Assembly (NCBI RefSeq): GCF_003367075.2
Contig: NZ_CP065936.1
Coordinates: 480,001 to 512,000, forward strand
Origin: Cylindrospermopsis raciborskii Cr2010
Lineage (GTDB): Bacteria; Cyanobacteriota; Cyanobacteriia; Cyanobacteriales; Nostocaceae
Reading direction: 5' to 3'
DNA: 32,000 bases
Every line of letters starts with the position of its first letter. Position 1 is the first letter of the stretch. The notes under the pieces were generated by a model. The model was not told the DNA's origin, searched no databases, and saw only the letters and a list, made by a program, of their open reading frames with translations. The translations under genes and the position numbers were made by a program. Shown piece by piece: positions 24,442 through 32,000 of the stretch.

Positions 24442-25100
24442 ATTTTGCTCTAAATATTAGGTTACTCTTATTTTATCTGTTATCTAGCATTTTTGCGCAA
24501 GGTGAGGGTATCCTAATTCCCAGTTAGAAAAATGAGATAAATTTAAACAGTACATAGATATCCTTCGATGACAGAACAGGATGGAGGCATAACGGATATT
24601 AGCTATATTATAATAGTATTATTAGTCTTTATTATGATGATTTATCGTCACTTTACGCATCAAAGGGTCAACTACCATTACTGGGAGGTTGGGAACAATG
24701 GGGTTGTCAAGTGGGGATGTTTTTCCCTCCCTTGCATAGTTTACCTAGTCTTACCTCGCGTATTTAGCCCAACTCTCCTTTCTCATGGTATTTCAGGTAG
24801 TAAGTGGTGCCTCGCGAGCTACCGTAGGAAATACTTTGGGTTCACGTTATAAAAGACAATTGTCATATCCCACTATGGAGCAATGGTTCAAAAGTGCAAA
24901 ACCGATAAAGCTCTAATCTAGGTCACAGCACCCTTTTCAATAAGTGGAATTAAATATAAGATGAAGGTAGGTTGAGTTGAAGTATAAAACCCACTACACG
25001 CGTGGCTTATGCTACCCCTAACCCATCCTACAAATAACTGTGCCTTCCTACTTAGTCCAAAAATATTTCAAAAGTAGATAGAACCAACATAAAGGGATAT

Positions 25101-26387
25101 ATGAAGATAAACAAATTACATCTGTCAATTACCAGCATAGCAATTTTTGCATTAATAAACATACTGTGGATACCACAGTATACAATTGCATCTAAAAAGA
25201 ATAGTTCACAAAGAAGCAACTCAAGTCGTATGTCAAACAAAGCGACTTATCTTACTACGCCTTTCAATAACTCAACCAAAATACTACCAAATTTTCTTGG
25301 GCATGATCTTGAAGCCATTTCAAACGCGTTAATTAAAAGACAGGAGTCTTTGAAAAAGGATGAATTTGAAACTACACAAGCATTTAATCAAAGAGTAATC
25401 AAAGAAGGACTTAAACCAATACTTGGAACAATCAATGTTGATAGTACCTTAGCTTTTGTTCTGTCAGATAAGTTTGAGTCATCCTACAATGCTGATTTAA
25501 GTTTATTTCGTATAGAAATACCTAAAAGTGATTATACAGAATTTACGTGGAAGTCAAAGACATTTAACTACAGAACGTATAAAGCTTCTAATGCTTTTGG
25601 AGCTACAATAGATGTTAGTAGTTGGGATAGGGAATCATTTAGTATAAAGCCGGACAGGAAAAGTAACGAACAAACTATTACACTTAGAATAAGTTCTAAT
25701 TTAGCTAAAAAACTTAAAGAGAATTTTAGGATAATATTTATTTCCAAAATAGAAGGATACAGCCCTGTAAAAAGGCAAATAGGACGCTCTAATGCAACCT
25801 TTGATAACCCTTATAGTATATCATATTCTGATACTTCCTTAAATGTGAAGATATTAGAATTCAAGATTTTTGATAAAACAACTGGTAAAGTCTACTATTC
25901 TGGAACATTGTATCCACCAATCAATTACACAAAATTAGAAACCCTATTAAAAGCTCAAAACTTTAGAGAAGCAGATGAAGAAACAGCCAGAGTAATGTTA
26001 GCAGTAGCTAACAGACAAAGCGAGGGTTGGTTGAGAATAGAAGATGCAGAAAATTTTCCCTGTCAAGAATTGCGCACCATTGATAATTTGTGGTTAAAAT
26101 ATAGTCAGGGTAAATTTGGTATATCTGTCCAACAAGAAATATACAAAAACCTGGGGGGAACAAAACAATTTGATGTAAATGTATGGAGATCCTTCGGAGA
26201 CAGGGTGGGATGGAGAAAACAAGGTTCATGGCTCGATTACAAAGATTTAAACTTTTCATTATCCGCACCAACGGGTCACCTCTTTGTTGGTGGTGGGGTG
26301 GGGTGGGAAGGGGGTTTGTGGGGGAGGTGGGGAGGGGTGATGGGTAGTAGGAAGATCTTCCCTCCTGTCAAGACATGTAGAGTGTAA
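25101..26387 (+). CDS. Secreted protein: signal peptide, unknown ~250-aa domain and a C-terminal GUN4-like domain
   Basis: MKINKLHLSITSIAIFALINILWIPQYTIAS signal-like N-terminus. From residue about 276 the block YTKLETLLKAQNFREADEET... is nearly identical at the DNA level to the 14119 and 27682 genes. It ends in the alternative frame (...FPPVKTCRV*) of the shared 3' block. Confidence 0.75.
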   Translation: MKINKLHLSITSIAIFALINILWIPQYTIASKKNSSQRSNSSRMSNKATYLTTPFNNSTKILPNFLGHDLEAISNALIKRQESLKKDEFETTQAFNQRVIKEGLKPILGTINVDSTLAFVLSDKFESSYNADLSLFRIEIPKSDYTEFTWKSKTFNYRTYKASNAFGATIDVSSWDRESFSIKPDRKSNEQTITLRISSNLAKKLKENFRIIFISKIEGYSPVKRQIGRSNATFDNPYSISYSDTSLNVKILEFKIFDKTTGKVYYSGTLYPPINYTKLETLLKAQNFREADEETARVMLAVANRQSEGWLRIEDAENFPCQELRTIDNLWLKYSQGKFGISVQQEIYKNLGGTKQFDVNVWRSFGDRVGWRKQGSWLDYKDLNFSLSAPTGHLFVGGGVGWEGGLWGRWGGVMGSRKIFPPVKTCRV

Positions 26388-26476
26388 CCCATAAAGGTTT
26401 GATAGTATTGTTAACTTTTGTAAATAACAAGAAATTAACGAAACCTTGCTAGTTCCAGGGTTTCGGATACCTGGTA

Positions 26477-27229
26477 CTATTTATTTTTAGGATTAGGTGT
26501 ATAACAATTTGCCTTGACAAATATTGTTGCTGCCTTTATTATTTCCTCATTAGTTATGTCTAACTCATCCCAAAAGAGCTTTAGTTGTCCCGGTGATGTT
26601 CCCTTCTTTTTTTGATTTGGTTTCATCCCCGCCAAAAGTTTACTCCCCCAGCGGTTTTTTTCCACCTTTTTCGGTTGAGGACGATATTTTTGACAAAATC
26701 CTTTATAAATGCTTGCACACTCATCTAAAGTTTTCCCTAATGCTAAAAAGGCTGGATGCCATGTTGTTACCCCATCACTACCTAACCTCTCATGTACTCC
26801 ATAGTTACTAAAATCATAAAACATTCCCTGTTGTATTCCTGCTGCTTTAGGATTGCCGTGTATATATCTCAGCGTGTTTAATGCCCTTTTCTTATCTGAC
26901 ATGGCAAACCCCGTGCTGTGATACCTTTTTTCCCAAAAATGCCCTGTTCTATTCAGCATCTGATTAAAGCACAGTGCTGTATACCAATTTAACCAGTGCA
27001 TAATTTTAGGCAGATCTGAGGGCTGTAATGGTTCTATTAAATAATGTATGTGATTACTCATTAGACATAACCCATACATTCTAAAATTATACTTGTCAAT
27101 TGCTTTTTTTATTGCATAAATCAAGACCTGACGACATTCTAATTTAGTTAGTCTAAATTCCCGATTGTTACATCTGATTGTAATGTGATAGCAGTATCCT
27201 GCTTCTAATTTTCTTGGTTTTCGACTCAT
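26477..27229 (-). CDS. REP-associated tyrosine transposase (RAYT; IS200/IS605-like Y1 HUH transposase), intact copy 1
   Basis: HUH motif in LMSNHIHYLI and a catalytic Tyr region NTLRYIHGNP. 250 aa, identical in protein sequence to 29204-29956. Confidence 0.8.
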   Translation of the reverse strand: MSRKPRKLEAGYCYHITIRCNNREFRLTKLECRQVLIYAIKKAIDKYNFRMYGLCLMSNHIHYLIEPLQPSDLPKIMHWLNWYTALCFNQMLNRTGHFWEKRYHSTGFAMSDKKRALNTLRYIHGNPKAAGIQQGMFYDFSNYGVHERLGSDGVTTWHPAFLALGKTLDECASIYKGFCQKYRPQPKKVEKNRWGSKLLAGMKPNQKKKGTSPGQLKLFWDELDITNEEIIKAATIFVKANCYTPNPKNK

Positions 27230-27269
27230 AAAAATTTAAGACTGGGTTATTCTCAATATAAAGCTGAGA

Positions 27270-27545
27270 ATGTGCTGTCTCCCGTAGGGAGTGCTTCGCA
27301 ATCGCCTCTCAATACATTCAGAATTTTCCCTTGAGAAGGAATCGGGGGGAACACTGAATGCGAGATCCCCCTCCAAATATCCCAAAAACCTTGAAATAAC
27401 TGATTCATCCTTTGACGGAAAACGTTTACCGTCAATCTTTTACGAACCGGGAACCGAACATGAAACGTGCCTAGATGAGAGCGTGCCTTGCGATCTCGCG
27501 TAGCGAGTGCTGCGCAATCGCCTGTATGGAGTGCTTAGCAAGGAT
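27270..27545. repeat. SDR / palindromic-element cluster upstream of RAYT copy 1
   Basis: CCCGTAGGGAGTGCTTCGCAATCGCC, TTCCCTTGAGAAGGAA, GACGGAAAACGTTTACCGTC plus its arm, and GCGATCTCGCGTAGCGAGTGCTGCGCAATCGCC. Confidence 0.75.
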
Positions 27546-27681
27546 AACTCTTACCCAGGTTATCGGAGTCAAACTGAATGTGGCGCAAATAATGAATTCC
27601 CTGACTCCCTTTTATATGCTCCTTTTTCTGTTACCCTATTAAGATATGGATTATTACTTACCAAAGATAAACTGATTAAAC

Positions 27682-29037
27682 ATGTTAATCACTTGGCAAC
27701 CGGGACAGTCAATCGTTAATGATAGATTTACCATAGAAGAGGTTCTTGGTGTCGGAGGATTTGGCATTACCTATAAAGCTAAAGACCGTAAAGGTGAACT
27801 ATATGCCATTAAGACCTTAAACCCCACCATACAAAATCGGGTCGATTTTAAAGAGCAACAAGTTAAATTTATCAACGAAGCATTAACAGTAAAGGGCTTT
27901 AGGCATCCCCACATAGTTAAAGTCTATGAAGTTATTCAGGAGGGGGAACTTTTTGCCGTATTAATGGAGTATATAAAAGGAATCCCTCTCTCTAAGTATA
28001 TTGAAGAAAATGGGCAGTTAACTGAAGTATTAGCACTAAAATACATTGACCAAATTAGTCAAGCTCTAGAATGTGTACATAAAGATAACTACTTACATAG
28101 GGATATAAAGCCAGATAATATTTTATTGAGAAATAATTATAAAGATGCGGTGCTAATAGATTTTGGACTAGCAAGAATTATATCTACTCAAAGTATGACC
28201 AACTCATTAACACATGGTTATGCACCAATAGAACAGTATCAAAGAAAAGCTAATTTTGGACCACATACAGATGTGTATGCTTTAGGGGCAACTCTATATT
28301 ACGTATTAACGGCTAACGGATTACGGTTAAAGGGGGAATCATCACCAGTCCCAGCAGTAAATCGCAAATATGATGAAGAGGAACTACCAGAACCTAAAAG
28401 TTACAATCCTAGTATTAGCAAGAAAGTGAATGATGCCATAATAGCTGCAATGGCTATAAATCCTGAGCAGAGAACGAAAAATATAGAAGAATTTAGAAAA
28501 GACTTGGGTTTGATAGAATCTAAATCATTACCAAAAGAGGAAGTTCTAACGGTAAAACAACCAGAACCACAGAAAAAAGAACCAATAAAGGCAGAAAAAT
28601 CTGTTGAATCAGAGGTGATCCCTAGGAGGTACACAAAATTAGAAACCCTATTAAAAGCTCAAAACTTTAGAGAAGCAGATGAAGAAACAGCCAGAGTAAT
28701 GTTAGCAGTAGCTAACAGACAAAGCGAGGGTTGGTTGAGAATAGAAGATGCAGAAAATTTTCCCTGTCAAGAATTGCGCACCATTGATAATTTGTGGTTA
28801 AAATATAGTCAGGGTAAATTTGGTATATCTGTCCAACAAGAAATATACAAAAACCTGGGGGGAACAAAATCTAGTAATGAACGTGAATTATGGAGATCCT
28901 TTGAATCCTTCGGAGACAGGGTGGGATGGAGAAAACAAGGTTCATGGCTCGATTACAAAGATTTAAACTTTTCATTATCCGCACCAACGGGTCACCTCTG
29001 GTCACCTATTCACCTTTATTCACCTTGGGGTGGGTAG
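27682..29037 (+). CDS. Ser/Thr protein kinase fused to a C-terminal GUN4-like domain
   Basis: GVGGFGITY (G-loop), YAIKTL, HRDIKPDNILL, IDFGLA, GYAPIEQ. After a linker comes the shared GUN4 block from YTKLETLL. An in-frame TAG at 29035 lies inside the variable tail, upstream of the shared ...SLLSRHVECNP* end. Confidence 0.85.
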   Translation: MLITWQPGQSIVNDRFTIEEVLGVGGFGITYKAKDRKGELYAIKTLNPTIQNRVDFKEQQVKFINEALTVKGFRHPHIVKVYEVIQEGELFAVLMEYIKGIPLSKYIEENGQLTEVLALKYIDQISQALECVHKDNYLHRDIKPDNILLRNNYKDAVLIDFGLARIISTQSMTNSLTHGYAPIEQYQRKANFGPHTDVYALGATLYYVLTANGLRLKGESSPVPAVNRKYDEEELPEPKSYNPSISKKVNDAIIAAMAINPEQRTKNIEEFRKDLGLIESKSLPKEEVLTVKQPEPQKKEPIKAEKSVESEVIPRRYTKLETLLKAQNFREADEETARVMLAVANRQSEGWLRIEDAENFPCQELRTIDNLWLKYSQGKFGISVQQEIYKNLGGTKSSNERELWRSFESFGDRVGWRKQGSWLDYKDLNFSLSAPTGHLWSPIHLYSPWGG

Positions 29038-29203
29038 TTTGGAGTTTTTGTTTGGAGTGGTTGGTGTATAGATTTGGTGGACACTTCCCTCCTGTCAAGA
29101 CATGTAGAGTGTAACCCATAAAGGTTTGATAGTATTGTTAACTTTTGTAAATAACAAGAAATTAACGAAACCTTGCTAGTTCCAGGGTTTCGGATACCTG
29201 GTA

Positions 29204-29956
29204 CTATTTATTTTTAGGATTAGGTGTATAACAATTTGCCTTGACAAATATTGTTGCTGCCTTTATTATTTCCTCATTAGTTATGTCTAACTCATCCCAA
29301 AAAAGCTTTAGCTGTCCTGGTGATGTTCCCTTCTTTTTTTGATTTGGTTTCATCCCCGCCAAAAGTTTACTCCCCCAGCGGTTTTTTTCCACCTTTTTCG
29401 GTTGAGGACGATATTTTTGACAAAATCCTTTATAAATGCTTGCACACTCATCTAAAGTTTTCCCTAATGCTAAAAAGGCTGGATGCCATGTTGTTACCCC
29501 ATCACTACCTAACCTCTCATGTACTCCATAGTTACTAAAATCATAAAACATCCCCTGTTGTATTCCTGCTGCTTTAGGATTGCCGTGTATATATCTCAGC
29601 GTGTTTAATGCCCTTTTCTTATCTGACATGGCAAACCCCGTGCTGTGATACCTTTTTTCCCAAAAATGCCCTGTTCTATTCAGCATCTGATTAAAGCACA
29701 GTGCTGTATACCAATTTAACCAGTGCATAATTTTAGGCAGATCTGAGGGCTGTAATGGTTCTATTAAATAATGTATGTGATTACTCATTAGACATAACCC
29801 ATACATTCTAAAATTATACTTGTCAATTGCTTTTTTTATTGCATAAATCAAGACCTGACGACATTCTAATTTAGTTAGTCTAAATTCCCGATTGTTACAT
29901 CTGATTGTAATGTGATAGCAGTATCCTGCTTCTAATTTTCTTGGTTTTCGACTCAT
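29204..29956 (-). CDS. REP-associated tyrosine transposase (RAYT), intact copy 2
   Basis: Protein identical to 26477-27229. By eye there are four nucleotide differences, all synonymous. Confidence 0.8.
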   Translation of the reverse strand: MSRKPRKLEAGYCYHITIRCNNREFRLTKLECRQVLIYAIKKAIDKYNFRMYGLCLMSNHIHYLIEPLQPSDLPKIMHWLNWYTALCFNQMLNRTGHFWEKRYHSTGFAMSDKKRALNTLRYIHGNPKAAGIQQGMFYDFSNYGVHERLGSDGVTTWHPAFLALGKTLDECASIYKGFCQKYRPQPKKVEKNRWGSKLLAGMKPNQKKKGTSPGQLKLFWDELDITNEEIIKAATIFVKANCYTPNPKNK

Positions 29957-30046
29957 AAAAATTTAAGACTGGGTTATTCTCAATAGAGCTGTTGGGAAAT
30001 AAAAGCATATTTCCGGATGACAGAACTTTCCCCATCCCGATTGAAT

Positions 30047-30564
30047 TTATGCTGCATCTAAATAGAAGTTCCATAGCCCTGCACTGACCAACATCAATTG
30101 ATCATCAAAATCGGTCACACGATTCCTATATACAGAATGTACACAGTTATATCTCTTAATTCCAGAGTGAGCGTGCTCACACACAACTCGCTGACGACTG
30201 AGTTCTCGATTCTCCTCCTTTTGCTGCTGTGTTAACTCCTTACCTTTCGGTTTCTTGTGTGGTAAATGGACATTGACAAATTCTTTCTCCAACCCATGAA
30301 AACCCAAATCTCCCTCTATTGCTACTTCATCAGGAATGTATTGCACTATCTCTGATTCATGGAGTAGCCGTTTGTCATGCACTTTACCTGCTCTGGTTTT
30401 CGTCAGAATAATCACTCGTTTCTCCCTTGTGCTGACTGTAATCTGCTTGCATGTATGCCGCTTTTTCTTGCCAGAGTAATACTCTTTTTGGCGTTCTCGG
30501 TTTTGAGGACGCTGGACTGGACGCTCCGTACCATCCACAATCACCTCCTTCACATCTGGAAACC
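30047..30564 (-). pseudogene. IS5-family / DDE_Tnp_4-type transposase, C-terminal part only, truncated by an IS1 insertion
   Basis: VIVDGTERPVQRP...EYYSGKKKRHT...EGDLGFHG...SRQRVVCEHAHSGIK parallels the DDE region of the 4844-5764 transposase. The apparent N-terminus MIHPANMQRR is translated from the IS1 terminal repeat. Confidence 0.7.
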
Positions 30565-31321
30565 GGCGTTGCATATTTGCGGGATGAATCAACTAAACGC
30601 GGGTATTACTTCATACTTTAAATAGTGAAGTAATAATTTAATTGAATACCTAAGCATATCTACAGATTTTGAATAGCATAGCGTTTTTCTATGTAGTCGC
30701 GCTAAGTAGTGACGTAAACGTGTATTTTCACCCTCTACCCTAGTCATATATGTTTTGCTCACAATATGATCCTCTGGCTGAATAAAACTCGGATAAACCC
30801 TCCACCCATCAGTAACATAAAAAAAGCATTGCCAGAGTTTAACGATGTCCCACAAAGGTTGAAATGCTTGTGAGCTGTGGTCTCCCACAACCCAAGCCAG
30901 GATATTTTTACGGAAGTGATTTACTGCTGTCCACAACCATATTTTGTTTTTTTTTGATCCCACAAAGGTCTCCAACTCATCAAGCTCACCTACCAAGGGT
31001 GTTTCCTCAACTGGTGGAGCATCTGGAAGTATGGAACCAATTTGTTTTAGCCAGTAAATAATAGTTGTATGATGAACGCCTTTATCGCGTTCAATTGCTC
31101 TAAATCCCATACCGTTAACATAAGAGCGCAGGCAACTTTGTTTAACTTCTTCTGAATAGCCTTTAGGTGGACTATAGACATCGATAAATTGACGACCACA
31201 ATCAACACAAATGTGATTTTGTTTACCTCGACGTTTGCCATTCTTTCTGATTTTGGAAGACCCGCAGTTTGGACAATGCACAGTAGATTACCTCAATTCA
31301 TACCTCTATTATGCAACGCCA
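30565..31321 (-). mobile_element. IS1-family insertion sequence (757 bp)
   Basis: Terminal inverted repeats: GGCGTTGCATATTTGCGGGATGAAT (30565-) and the reverse complement of 31321 (GGCGTTGCATAATAGAGGTATGAAT). It holds a single transposase ORF. No target-site duplication is visible. The two flanks belong to unrelated truncated genes. Confidence 0.8.
30589..31281 (-). CDS. IS1-family transposase (single-ORF type)
   Basis: N-terminal zinc finger CPNCGSSKIRKNGKRRGKQNHICVDCGRQF. DELETFVGSKKNKIWLWTAV..., FYVTDGWRVY and RVEGENTRLRHYLARLHRKTLCYSKS match IS1 InsAB' conserved blocks. Confidence 0.85.
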   Translation of the reverse strand: MHCPNCGSSKIRKNGKRRGKQNHICVDCGRQFIDVYSPPKGYSEEVKQSCLRSYVNGMGFRAIERDKGVHHTTIIYWLKQIGSILPDAPPVEETPLVGELDELETFVGSKKNKIWLWTAVNHFRKNILAWVVGDHSSQAFQPLWDIVKLWQCFFYVTDGWRVYPSFIQPEDHIVSKTYMTRVEGENTRLRHYLARLHRKTLCYSKSVDMLRYSIKLLLHYLKYEVIPAFS

Positions 31322-31721
31322 CAAATCTTTCTACTGCGGATTTAATTCCCCATTGACAGAATGAAGCTAGAATTACTTCTGTATCAGAGTGTCCACGAAA
31401 AGTATGACCTAGCCCAATCAGTTCCTGGCGCAGCTGGGAAAAGTTATAAATTTCACCATTGAATACCAGAATATAGCGACCATCAGATGATGCCATAGGT
31501 TGTTTCCCTAGGGGAGAAAGGTCCACTATGGATAGGCGGCGGTGTGCTAGGGCTATCCCTGCTCTTTTATCTGTCCATGTTCCCCCGTCATCAGGTCCTC
31601 GATGGTAGAGAGGCTTGGACATTTGCTGGGCAATCAACTCCAACTCTTGACTGTTAATTGATTTAGTCCAATAACCAGTAATTCTAATTGATTTAGTCCA
31701 ATAACCAGTAATTCCACACAT
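31322..31721 (-). pseudogene. asnB: Asparagine synthase (glutamine-hydrolysing), N-terminal GATase-2 fragment truncated by IS1
   Basis: MCGI(T)G start (the Ntn Cys2), HRGPDDGG, LAHRRLSIVDLS, LVFNGEIYNF, RGHSDTEV. The frame leaves asnB at 31322 and enters the IS1 repeat. It contains a perfect 30-bp in-frame tandem duplication (31655-31714). Confidence 0.8.
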
Positions 31722-31727
31722 GGGGTT

Positions 31728-32000
31728 TTAATATCTTTTTAAAAGTTCTAATACTTTTGGTGCAGTTACTTGAATACAATACTCACGTTCAACCTTTTGC
31801 CGACCAGCTTGTCCCATCTTAAACCTCAGATCTGGATTAGATAACAATTTCTCCAGAGCATCTTCCCACTCTGAAAGAGTGGTTGCTAAAAAACCATTAA
31901 CACCATGCTCGACAATCTGAGTATTCACACCAATAGGGGAGGCGACCACTGGCAATCCACAGGCCATATATTGAATTAACTTGTACCCACACTTGCCGCG
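31728..32000 (-). CDS. Glycosyltransferase family 1 (GT-B), C-terminal part; the gene continues beyond the window edge
   Basis: YMACGLPVVASPIGVNTQIVEHGVNGFL is the typical GT1 nucleotide-sugar binding region. The open frame runs to position 32000. Confidence 0.75.
   Translation of the reverse strand, partial: RGKCGYKLIQYMACGLPVVASPIGVNTQIVEHGVNGFLATTLSEWEDALEKLLSNPDLRFKMGQAGRQKVEREYCIQVTAPKVLELLKRY

Noticed and set aside
28926-29114. ORF overlapping the 3' end of the kinase-GUN4 gene in another frame, ending FPPVKTCRV*
   Set aside because: It is the alternative reading frame of the shared 3' block, not an independent gene. It is discussed under the hypervariable-linker finding.
1-32000. Search for cas genes, tRNA/rRNA genes, and the phosphatase and kinase partners of a vWA triad
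   Set aside because: None of the supplied ORF translations shows Cas1/Cas2/Cas6/effector, PP2C or other expected motifs. I could not draw a convincing tRNA cloverleaf anywhere, and no rRNA-like sequence is present.

Overview
Low-GC cyanobacterial chromosome segment, rich in HIP1 (GCGATCGC). It best fits a filamentous Nostocales-type genome undergoing heavy IS- and repeat-driven erosion; the species cannot be determined from sequence alone. Housekeeping content is sparse: psbA (D1 with E130, so D1:2-type), psbU, a Pro-rich zinc-ribbon hypothetical, and the edge of a glycosyltransferase cluster (IS-truncated asnB plus a partial GT1). The rest is accessory. (1) A CRISPR array of 19 repeats and 18 spacers (36-bp repeat, GTCGCAATACCTATTCCTTCTTGCGAAGGTCAAGAC as read on +) has no cas gene anywhere in the window. 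It abuts a low-GC tyrosine recombinase. A second copy of its ~500-bp leader lies 15 kb away in inverted orientation and carries only a chimeric 2-repeat mini-array. A further degenerate 2-repeat mini-array occurs twice. (2) Three paralogous Uma2-family endonuclease cassettes have a C-terminal coiled coil that is a variable-number tandem repeat. (3) Four genes with unrelated N-terminal parts (trypsin-like protease, Ser/Thr kinase, secreted unknown domain, unknown domain plus duplicated unit) all end in a near-identical GUN4-like domain. Each is followed by the same 3' flank and a convergent RAYT (REP-associated Y1/HUH transposase): two intact identical copies and two flanking 3' remnants, plus a third small fragment at 8566-8645. 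I consider this the most novel-looking structure. (4) A PIN/HTH toxin-antitoxin pair sits on a GC-richer islet. (5) A vWA gene is present in only one of two duplicated segments. (6) IS4-like, IS630, IS5/Harbinger-like and IS1-family elements are present, mostly nested, truncated or nonsense-mutated. (7) Dense clusters of small dispersed repeats include an ~85-bp x 6 tandem array and a 20-bp perfect-palindrome element. All functional calls rest on motif recognition in the supplied translations; no database search was possible.
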